IMG/VR virus record: IMGVR_UViG_3300045988_124546
Length of the DNA stretch: 64,000 nucleotides
Direction: 5' to 3' (one strand)
Source: a virus
Positions 56,732-64,000 of the stretch are shown one piece after another. Under the pieces are notes generated by a model. That model did no database searches and had not been told where the DNA came from. It saw only the letters and a program-made list of their open reading frames with translations. A program made the translations under genes and the position numbers. The first letter of the stretch is position 1, and each line of letters begins with the position of its first letter.

Positions 56732-57568
56732 TTAAAAATCAATTACCGCCCGAACCCTGTAACTATTGTACTCAATGTTGCTGTGCGTGCCGCCATTGGA
56801 GAAGCTCACGAACCATGCGCTGACCTTGCTGTACTCGGTACTGGACCAATACCGCGCCGAGGAGAGGGGAGATGCCGAAACATAAGCGAATGCTTTGTTT
56901 AGTTCGTCCATATGATGGGCCATTAAATTTAATTGACCAAGAGATGGTATATACTCGTCATCTTCCAGCAGATTTCTCAATTTTGGATTTCTGGCTACAA
57001 GGCGTTCCGTATTGCCGCGTCCGTCAATATCAAACAGCGCATCACATTCACGTTCGTAATATGTCTCACTTCCGGATTCTTTACGGCTATCATTGTCAAG
57101 CAACCGTACACTATTATGCTCCTCCAGCGAGATAGCAAACGATACGTCTTTGTGTTTTAATCCGATATAACGCACATTCTCTTTAATATTCTCTCCAGTA
57201 AACGGCTCAGCGTGTCCGTTTCCGTAGATTAGATACAAACCATCTTTTCTTGATGGTACTCTATTTTCACATACGCATATTTCATTTTTTGGTCTTACAA
57301 TTATGTTCAACTCATTCAACACATGATCTTTTATGACTTCCTTGCTTATTCTTTCTACAAAACCATAATTCCTTTGTTTAAGCTCATCATTTACCATACA
57401 TCTGATCCAATTTTCTATCTGATTGTTTCCTCCGTATGTATTATGCATGCACCTTTTTACAAGCTTTTCCAATAATGATTCTATGTTTTTGATTATATCT
57501 TCTTTGGTAAGGTGAAGTTCATTTAATATACAGTTCCTTACTGCCCTGTATTCTTTACTTGTGCTCAT
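56732..57568 (-). CDS. Protein with C-terminal DUF1566 (Lcl C-terminal-like) domain (278 aa)
   Basis: C-terminus ARYWSSTEYSKVSAWFVSFSNGGTHSNIEYNSYRVRAVIDF matches DUF1566 consensus (YWSSTE...AW.V.F.NG...K...YVRCVR). Confidence 0.6.
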   Translation of the reverse strand: MSTSKEYRAVRNCILNELHLTKEDIIKNIESLLEKLVKRCMHNTYGGNNQIENWIRCMVNDELKQRNYGFVERISKEVIKDHVLNELNIIVRPKNEICVCENRVPSRKDGLYLIYGNGHAEPFTGENIKENVRYIGLKHKDVSFAISLEEHNSVRLLDNDSRKESGSETYYERECDALFDIDGRGNTERLVARNPKLRNLLEDDEYIPSLGQLNLMAHHMDELNKAFAYVSASPLSSARYWSSTEYSKVSAWFVSFSNGGTHSNIEYNSYRVRAVIDF

Positions 57569-57579
57569 GATATGCCCAT

Positions 57580-58281
57580 TTAATACTGTGAATCATATTT
57601 TCTTTCTCTCCCGCTGTCTTCCCCTATAGGATTATCCCATCCGTATTTTACAGCCGTAGCTTTAAACAGAGGTAGCCCGCAAACTTCATCAACAATCACA
57701 TTTACGGTCCCTAACACTTTTAATCCTTGATGATCCAATAAAATTTGAAAGATGCGTTTTAATTCATGTACGTGCTTACGCTTGATACTATCTTCGCTCT
57801 TGGATAATTCATGATTGGTTCCAAGCCAATCATTAGCACTCTTTTTAAGGATACTCTTAGCAGTTCCCATGTTAAAGAACTGAATGTAATCCATCATATT
57901 CCCAAAAGCGCCCCAAATATCTGTATAAGATAATTCTGTTTTAGCTCTTTTGTATTTTTCAATAGACTTCTTAATTGATTCCAGTTTGCTGGCAACAAAC
58001 CTCATATTACCAGTATCCGATATATTATCCCCTACACTGAAAACCATTGCCCAAATTGGTATCGCATTACGAACATAGCGTTGATGTTTGCCCGTGGTAG
58101 CAGAATAATAATCTTCATTTATCAGGTATGCCTTCTTCCCTTGTTTGTTTTTTACTATTCTCCCGACTTCAAAGTGATGCCCGTAAGAATAAATACTTGT
58201 ACCTTCAAAGAAGAAATTGCTCCCTGATGCTGATTCTTCTTGTTCATGAGCCCACAAGTGAGCGACCATTGAATTGTTCAT
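57580..58281 (-). CDS. Hypothetical protein (233 aa)
   Basis: ORF. Confidence 0.6.
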   Translation of the reverse strand: MNNSMVAHLWAHEQEESASGSNFFFEGTSIYSYGHHFEVGRIVKNKQGKKAYLINEDYYSATTGKHQRYVRNAIPIWAMVFSVGDNISDTGNMRFVASKLESIKKSIEKYKRAKTELSYTDIWGAFGNMMDYIQFFNMGTAKSILKKSANDWLGTNHELSKSEDSIKRKHVHELKRIFQILLDHQGLKVLGTVNVIVDEVCGLPLFKATAVKYGWDNPIGEDSGRERKYDSQY

Positions 58282-58293
58282 ATAAATATCTTT

Positions 58294-58608
58294 TTAATTG
58301 TTTAACTTACCTTTATCATATGACATTCTCTTTTCGTATTTTTCAATACGTTCTGTTATCATATCGCAGAAGATTTGCCCATCTTTTTCGGAACCTCTGA
58401 AGTAACCGACCATCTTCAGAATATTCCCGTCAAACTCATGAACGAACTTGTTATAATAATGTTCACCCATAACTTTCCCATATTTTTCCACGAACAAATC
58501 CTTGTCTAACGACTCATCCTTAAAACAACGGTTGTAATCCCATCTTACGATACGAAACAATGTTTCAAAATTCAATCTTTCCATATCCTGTATTTTATTT
58601 AAGCTCAA
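58294..58608 (-). CDS. Hypothetical protein (104 aa)
   Basis: ORF. Confidence 0.5.
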   Translation of the reverse strand: MSLNKIQDMERLNFETLFRIVRWDYNRCFKDESLDKDLFVEKYGKVMGEHYYNKFVHEFDGNILKMVGYFRGSEKDGQIFCDMITERIEKYEKRMSYDKGKLNN

Positions 58609-58852
58609 ACCTAATATCTTCTGGCAATTGAGAGCGGTCTACCTTATTCACAAAATCATCAAACTCTTCTTGTGTGATTTTTTCTTCATAGCTGTCCCAG
58701 TTGAAAGACAAAGTGTTCGTGTGAGGATAATATATAACATTATCGGTAGACAACCCATAATCAAACACACAAAGCATTATCTTCTTTTCTGCTTCTGCTT
58801 GTCTGATTTTCTTATCATATTGCTCACAAATTTCAGCACGCTTTTTCAACAT
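58595..58852 (-). CDS. Hypothetical protein (85 aa)
   Basis: ORF. Confidence 0.5.
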   Translation of the reverse strand: MLKKRAEICEQYDKKIRQAEAEKKIMLCVFDYGLSTDNVIYYPHTNTLSFNWDSYEEKITQEEFDDFVNKVDRSQLPEDIRFELK

Positions 58853-59165
58853 CTCTGCAATCGTTGATAGTTGCCGGGAATCCTCCTACGTCGTTATACT
58901 TATAGTAATCGTTTTGATTAAAAACGATTCCCTTTATTAAGAGGTTCCCGATGCTTTTCATGTTGAATCCGGACAACGCGATCTGCTCTGAGATATAACT
59001 AATCAAACAGTTATGATACGTGTTTGGCTTATCTCCTCTCTCGTTAATAATTTTCTTCCATTTCTTCGTTAATGGAACCCTAATATCCATATATGTACCA
59101 AATACGACTATGTTAGGACATTCTCCTTCAAACTTCGTTAAATCTTCTACTCTCATAATCAACAA
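58833..59165 (-). CDS. Hypothetical protein (110 aa)
   Basis: ORF. Confidence 0.5.
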   Translation of the reverse strand: MLIMRVEDLTKFEGECPNIVVFGTYMDIRVPLTKKWKKIINERGDKPNTYHNCLISYISEQIALSGFNMKSIGNLLIKGIVFNQNDYYKYNDVGGFPATINDCRDVEKAC

Positions 59166-59258
59166 ACATTTGTATTGTTTTCGTCGTTCACTATCTGACT
59201 AATGTACGGTCCTGGCCACAGACAGCCAGGCCGACCTCATGGCAGGGCGGGCGCCACC

Positions 59259-59447
59259 TTACTCTGGCTGTTCTGCCCACTCTCTGTACCCTACATTAAA
59301 ACCAATAGGATCATACCTTTTGATCATAGTACCATAATTCTCTCTACCACAATACCTGTTTTTCCCTCCAATGATCCATGCCTCATCGTCTCTATCTGGA
59401 GATATTGAGTTAAGAAACTTCTCATAATCTTTTCTACTCTTTCCCAT
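59259..59447 (-). CDS. Small hypothetical protein (62 aa)
   Basis: ORF. GC-rich patch just downstream (59202-59260). Confidence 0.4.
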   Translation of the reverse strand: MGKSRKDYEKFLNSISPDRDDEAWIIGGKNRYCGRENYGTMIKRYDPIGFNVGYREWAEQPE

Positions 59448-59802
59448 CTTTGTCTTGATTTAAACAATAGTTAATAAAATAAGCAACCTGTTCATTTTCC
59501 CCTGTATTATCATAATCACCTAAAGTCATATCATCATAATCCAGCAGAACTATACGAAAATCGTTTTTTTTGACATACACCTCCGTTAAAAACATAGGAA
59601 TCCCATTAATTTCTATTATCACCGGAAACTGATCATCAAAGTCAAACGCATCATTAGTTTCTTTAAACTCTTTAAATTCTTTGAATTTTAGCTTTATAAT
59701 TCCATTGTTTTCTGCTAATGCTTCTTTGATGTACTTTAATCTTTTTGCATTCAGACTGACCTCTGCTTCTTCTATTTCTTTATACAATTTATTTAGATCC
59801 AT
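59434..59802 (-). CDS. Hypothetical protein (122 aa)
   Basis: ORF. Confidence 0.5.
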   Translation of the reverse strand: MDLNKLYKEIEEAEVSLNAKRLKYIKEALAENNGIIKLKFKEFKEFKETNDAFDFDDQFPVIIEINGIPMFLTEVYVKKNDFRIVLLDYDDMTLGDYDNTGENEQVAYFINYCLNQDKDGKE

Positions 59803-60304
59803 ATTCCACTATATTTATGTTGTCAAATTTTTCTTTTATAATATCCAAGGCGCCACACTCGTTTGTTATCATAGCATGCTTTCCTGGCTTCATTCTCCAC
59901 AGATTAAAATACCTTGTCACATTCATAGTGGCATTAAATAATGATATTTCGTATCTTGTGTTCCCATTTTCATCATGTCCCGCTTTTTTAAAATAACATA
60001 GGGTCGGCTTGTATTTGAAATAATTAAAAAGCCTATACCATCCCTTTCCGTTACATGTTTCACAATTCCATATTCCAGCAAGCTTCCTATATCCCCTTAC
60101 CGGTATTCTCTCTATTTCTTTTGGTACGATCTTGACATACTTTCCTTCTCCGATTGGTATGGTCATATTACCTGCCTCTTCCGTGCAAAAGTATTCTATT
60201 TCAGATGCCATTCCTTTATACATATAGAACCGGTATAAGTTCCCGTCAGGGTCTACCCGATCCATGTAATATAAAACCACTTTGTCTACTTTTATCGTTT
60301 TCAT
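59789..60304 (-). CDS. Hypothetical protein (171 aa)
   Basis: ORF. Confidence 0.55.
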   Translation of the reverse strand: MKTIKVDKVVLYYMDRVDPDGNLYRFYMYKGMASEIEYFCTEEAGNMTIPIGEGKYVKIVPKEIERIPVRGYRKLAGIWNCETCNGKGWYRLFNYFKYKPTLCYFKKAGHDENGNTRYEISLFNATMNVTRYFNLWRMKPGKHAMITNECGALDIIKEKFDNINIVEYGSK

Positions 60305-60552
60305 TCCTTTATTCTCCTTATCTTTAAATTGTCATTCTTACAGTATTTCTTCAGCCAATCATCCGTTAGATAACGATTAACTCTATCATATTTCTTTTTC
60401 GGATCCTTGCTCCAGAATTTCCATTCGTTTGTAATATCGTTCCCATATTTATCAAACCAATAGATATAATATACTACGTTACCGTATAAATCCACTTTGT
60501 TTCTCTCCTGTATGATTACCTCGTAAGGCATTTCCTTGTCTCTTTTCTCCAT
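60301..60552 (-). CDS. Hypothetical protein (83 aa)
   Basis: ORF. Confidence 0.5.
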   Translation of the reverse strand: MEKRDKEMPYEVIIQERNKVDLYGNVVYYIYWFDKYGNDITNEWKFWSKDPKKKYDRVNRYLTDDWLKKYCKNDNLKIRRIKE

Positions 60553-60625
60553 CTTTATCCTCCTTTCTTAAAAAAACGACACCTATCTTCACAGACCAGT
60601 GCCGGCAACTAACTTACATGGAAAA

Positions 60626-61036
60626 CTACTTAACTTCAACTAATTCTACAGAGTTGTAGAATTTAGTGAAGCTACCAACAAATTCTCTTATGTTTTTATA
60701 TTCTTCTGGTCGTTTTCTGTTACCGTCTTTTATATAATTTACCCACAGTCTATCCTCTATGCTCTTAATCGCATTCTCTATCGTAAATTCGTCGCTGACA
60801 CACATTAAGCACGAAGACCCGGTTTTCTTATGCGGTTTATACACCCTTGAAAAAGACCACATTTTTATCCTGTCGTATATATATCCGTTGTTGGGATAAA
60901 CGAATCCTATTCGACTGTCGCCTTCTTTAGCATAAAACACACCTGGCTCTTTCCCGCCTTTCTTATACACAATAAATCCTTTTTCTTTTAGGATCTTAAC
61001 CACTTTATCTAATTTATTTTCTACGTTCATTTTCAT
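60626..61036 (-). CDS. Hypothetical protein (136 aa)
   Basis: ORF. Confidence 0.55.
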   Translation of the reverse strand: MKMNVENKLDKVVKILKEKGFIVYKKGGKEPGVFYAKEGDSRIGFVYPNNGYIYDRIKMWSFSRVYKPHKKTGSSCLMCVSDEFTIENAIKSIEDRLWVNYIKDGNRKRPEEYKNIREFVGSFTKFYNSVELVEVK

Positions 61037-61487
61037 GCAAAAATTTAAAAACGACCCTCATTATATCTCCAAAGTTCTCCACCTTAACCCACTCATGAGC
61101 TACTGCTCTAAGTACAGACGTTTCATATGTTGGGACATTGTCTTCTTCAATCACCTTACAAGAAGCCAGAACTCCTTCGGTCGGCTTTAGTCCACGGTCA
61201 TGCAGCTCGCAGAGACCGTCCGGCTGGCGGAATGCGCACCACCCGTCTTTCTCTGTCGGCTGGATCATCGCTATTGGTTTTTCTTTCACTGCAAGATACC
61301 CTACCATCCACATTGTTTCTTTTAACCTGTCAGCGTATCCGGCATCTATGATAGCCTCTATGTCTTTTGGCGTACCAATACAAGGAACCTTACACATGTT
61401 CTTGCATTTATCACATGTACAAGGTTGCTCCCATCTGTTATGATCTATGCCTACCAACTTCTTTATCCGTTTTACTTCCTCTTTCAT
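61014..61487 (-). CDS. Cys-rich hypothetical protein (157 aa; CTCDKCKNMCKVPC)
   Basis: ORF with Cys cluster. Confidence 0.55.
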   Translation of the reverse strand: MKEEVKRIKKLVGIDHNRWEQPCTCDKCKNMCKVPCIGTPKDIEAIIDAGYADRLKETMWMVGYLAVKEKPIAMIQPTEKDGWCAFRQPDGLCELHDRGLKPTEGVLASCKVIEEDNVPTYETSVLRAVAHEWVKVENFGDIMRVVFKFLHENERRK

Positions 61488-61765
61488 ACTTCTTTTGTTA
61501 GTTCATCATAATAAGCTTTCAGTTCCGGTGAAGCGTATTCCATAAATGCTTCAAACAAGTAGGGCACCTCTATTATCATATTCACATTACAACCTTCTGC
61601 CTGTGAAAGCGATTCAAGATCATTACTGTATGAACGTGTTACATAAGCTCCTACATTAAACACATGTAAATCTAATCTTACATATTCCATACATAAATCT
61701 AACGCTTTAAACAAGTTCTCTACCTCAATCTCCTGAAATAGGTCTATAAACATCCTTAAATCCAT
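61484..61765 (-). CDS. Hypothetical protein (93 aa)
   Basis: ORF. Confidence 0.5.
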   Translation of the reverse strand: MDLRMFIDLFQEIEVENLFKALDLCMEYVRLDLHVFNVGAYVTRSYSNDLESLSQAEGCNVNMIIEVPYLFEAFMEYASPELKAYYDELTKEV

Positions 61766-62148
61766 TATTTTACCACCCTTTCCACGTGTTTAATTAATAC
61801 TACTGCTATTCCCTTACCGGTTTTTATCGCACATTCCGATCCTTTTATCCATTCTACACACCCTACATACTTTTCTGTAGAATGAAAACCTGGATTGTAT
61901 TTCCCAGATGTACTGAACTCTACCGTATCCCCTACCTTCAGATCCTCAAAAGCGACAGACCATGTGGTCCAAATTCTATCATGCCTCCCAGGCTGAATGG
62001 CTCCTATTACGCCCTTCTTTCGACCGTTTTTTATCGCCCTTAGTATTATCTTTCTATCACCTTCGATAAGGCTGCAAAAGCGCCCGTAAAAGGTCAAATC
62101 AACCTGTTTTCCTCCTATTTCTTCTCTTATTTTTGTTATTCTGTTCAT
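61765..62148 (-). CDS. Hypothetical protein (127 aa)
   Basis: ORF. Confidence 0.55.
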   Translation of the reverse strand: MNRITKIREEIGGKQVDLTFYGRFCSLIEGDRKIILRAIKNGRKKGVIGAIQPGRHDRIWTTWSVAFEDLKVGDTVEFSTSGKYNPGFHSTEKYVGCVEWIKGSECAIKTGKGIAVVLIKHVERVVK

Positions 62149-62392
62149 TTTCTGATTTTGTTTTATTTTTTTCTTTGTTTTTTCTATCTTCTATAGAAGA
62201 TGATAATAACATTATCTTTTCTATGTTACTTTTTGACTGTAAAAAAGAATCGCATTTCATTACTACTACCACCTTCTTAAGTTCCCCATTATCGTATAGC
62301 GATACACGCATCATGTTTTGCACCTCGTCCACTATCAGACCTGGAGTAGTCTTAGCCATTTTGCGTAGCTTATTATACTCCGGTCTTTCCAT
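62099..62392 (-). CDS. Hypothetical protein with Lys/Asn/Arg-rich basic C-terminus (97 aa)
   Basis: ORF, overlaps neighbour by ~50 nt. Confidence 0.4.
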   Translation of the reverse strand: MERPEYNKLRKMAKTTPGLIVDEVQNMMRVSLYDNGELKKVVVVMKCDSFLQSKSNIEKIMLLSSSIEDRKNKEKNKTKSENEQNNKNKRRNRRKTG

Positions 62393-62657
62393 TTCCTCTG
62401 TTTATTACTCTATAGTATTTATCCTTATCCCCTTCTTTCAACTTCTCCAGATAGAAAATTCCATCATGTAAATGAGACAAACAAAACCTGTATCCGTATT
62501 TCTGTACTCTTCTTACATGATCCCGCAGTCTTATCTCTTCACTTTTGTCTTGTACTTTGATTTTAATACTGTCTCCTTCTTTGATTGTGTATAAAATAGT
62601 TTGAATCTCTTCTTTTTTCATCTTATAAAATATTTTAACGGCAGCACCTATACTCAC
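62373..62657 (-). CDS. Hypothetical protein (94 aa)
   Basis: ORF. Confidence 0.5.
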   Translation of the reverse strand: MSIGAAVKIFYKMKKEEIQTILYTIKEGDSIKIKVQDKSEEIRLRDHVRRVQKYGYRFCLSHLHDGIFYLEKLKEGDKDKYYRVINRGNGKTGV

Positions 62658-62684
62658 GCACCACTACTGCCTTATGTTTAACAA

Positions 62685-63494
62685 TTAAATACTTAACTCT
62701 TCAATGGTCAAGCCTTTTTCTTTTGCCCACTTTAGCATCGCGCATAATTCTGTTTCTGACTTATATTTCGGATCACGCCACGCCCATCCGAATTTATCCA
62801 GGACATGATGATATAATTCGTCGGCCTTTGCCGTGTAAATGTCTTTGAATAAATGCTCCGAACCTTCCGGTATAAGCATCTCTGTTGTTGCAAAATCGGA
62901 ATACGATAAACATCCGTAAGCATATTCTGTTATTTCACTCCATGCTTCTCCGGCTTTAAATCCAAATTCTTTTACAAAAGCCAAAGTTAGATACATATTT
63001 AATAATATTGTTACATCATATCCGGAATCCGACTTTCTTTCTATTATTTCCTTTTCAAATTCCTTTAAATCTTCAGGCCCTAAAAAGATGTATCCTGATA
63101 CCGACCGGTAATTAGTCTCCGCATACTTCTTGCATTTATCATCATTGACAATCTTACTAATGTTAGATAACATCTTTTGCCTCCATTCATCACAAAACTC
63201 TACCTCTACGTTCATCCAATCAGTACCATAATTATATTCTTTCGGATATCCGACCGATGTTACCTTTATACTATTCACGCCATATCCGTAAAGGCGTTCA
63301 CTTACCTCATTCGCCCATTCCTGTACAAAAGGAATAAACTTATTGCAATAAGAATCAAAATCAAAATCCGATTCTTCTTCATATTCCGGCATCTCATCAT
63401 ATTCCTGTGAAAAGAAATGACGCGGGTCTGCTATTGTTTCATAAAAACTTACGTTAATGAAACAAAACTCGTTAGTTGTCGTTTTTAATATCAT
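62685..63494 (-). CDS. Hypothetical acidic protein (269 aa)
   Basis: ORF. Confidence 0.6.
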   Translation of the reverse strand: MILKTTTNEFCFINVSFYETIADPRHFFSQEYDEMPEYEEESDFDFDSYCNKFIPFVQEWANEVSERLYGYGVNSIKVTSVGYPKEYNYGTDWMNVEVEFCDEWRQKMLSNISKIVNDDKCKKYAETNYRSVSGYIFLGPEDLKEFEKEIIERKSDSGYDVTILLNMYLTLAFVKEFGFKAGEAWSEITEYAYGCLSYSDFATTEMLIPEGSEHLFKDIYTAKADELYHHVLDKFGWAWRDPKYKSETELCAMLKWAKEKGLTIEELSI

Positions 63495-63745
63495 AACTTT
63501 TTGTATTTACGTACATTTTTCTTGCCATAGAATCTACACATGGCACGAATCTGACTATAAAATACTTTTGTCCTCCTGGCCTCAAAGTATTTAAACATTT
63601 CTTCATTCTTTGTTTCCCAAACGTAATCCGTTTGGGAACTCATGCGATCTTTCTCCTTGCGTGAATAATGGTAATATGATACCACAACACGTTTCATACC
63701 ATTCTTTACAGGTACGATATTTACGTCTATACTATTCTCTGTCAT
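63491..63745 (-). CDS. Hypothetical protein (84 aa), first recognisable gene of the minus-strand block in this window
   Basis: ORF. Region 63746-64000 upstream appears non-coding. Confidence 0.5.
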   Translation of the reverse strand: MTENSIDVNIVPVKNGMKRVVVSYYHYSRKEKDRMSSQTDYVWETKNEEMFKYFEARRTKVFYSQIRAMCRFYGKKNVRKYKKL

Positions 63746-64000
63746 ATTATTATTGTTTTATGCATTATACAAATACAAAGAGCGCATACCTTCACAGGCC
63801 GGCGCTCCTTTCAATAAAAATGAAAAAACTAATATTACATAAACATACGGATTTGCAAACATGAATCTTACAAAGGAAGAAGAATCAAACGAGGATTGTT
63901 TAAAACCTCGTTTGGTAAGATCATCAATGCTGATATCAATGGTGCTTTTAACATCATTAGAAAATCAGAAAAAGAATCCTTTGATGTAACGATGTTACCA

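Noticed and set aside
1-64000. Diversity-generating retroelement, retron or CRISPR array
   Set aside because: No reverse-transcriptase YxDD motif in any ORF, no regularly spaced direct repeats with unique spacers, and no long near-identical template/variable repeat pair noticed.
63746-64000. Possible partial minus-strand gene entering from the 3' window edge
   Set aside because: In-frame stops occur close to the window end. Only a 34-aa ORF from ATG 63863 fits, so the region is treated as the upstream non-coding or promoter region of the minus-strand block.

Overview
AT-rich (~35% GC) double-stranded DNA phage segment with Bacteroidetes-style expression signals (several TAnnTTTG -7 promoter boxes, mostly weak Shine-Dalgarno sites). 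Genes are organised in two convergent blocks that meet at a strong hairpin near 33.1 kb. (1) A plus-strand block (0.6-33.1 kb) is dominated by a translationally coupled operon of giant proteins (935, 1019, 2213, 752 and 2148 aa) plus small accessory genes. This is the hallmark of crAss-like (Crassvirales) virion/cargo modules. I could not identify an RNAP DxDGD motif by eye. (2) A minus-strand block (63.7 to 33.2 kb) is tightly packed with about 60 small genes. It includes a replication module (zinc-ribbon/TOPRIM primase-like protein, DnaB-family helicase, SF2 DEAD/DEAH helicase, Cas4-like Fe-S PD-(D/E)XK nuclease), an ABC-type ATPase and many hypotheticals. The most notable observation is a complete IscB-type (OMEGA, Cas9-ancestor) RNA-guided nuclease gene (22127-23365) with PLMP, split RuvC, arginine-rich bridge helix and HNH domains. 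A ~245-nt structured non-coding region lies immediately upstream and is a candidate omega RNA. No TnpA is present, so this looks like a TnpA-less IS200/IS605-like insertion inside the phage accessory region. Other unusual cargo are a four-gene minus-strand operon encoding an acyl-carrier-protein-like protein, an NfeD-like membrane protein and a flotillin/SPFH protein. There is also an RG/RGG- and Tyr-rich low-complexity protein, a Gly/Gln/Asn/Cys-rich membrane protein, and a small HTH regulator next to dyad-symmetric operator-like sites. Three genes flanking the giant ORFs share an MRRRF N-terminus, and two proteins carry DUF1566-like C-terminal domains. No tRNA, CRISPR array, reverse transcriptase or rRNA was found.
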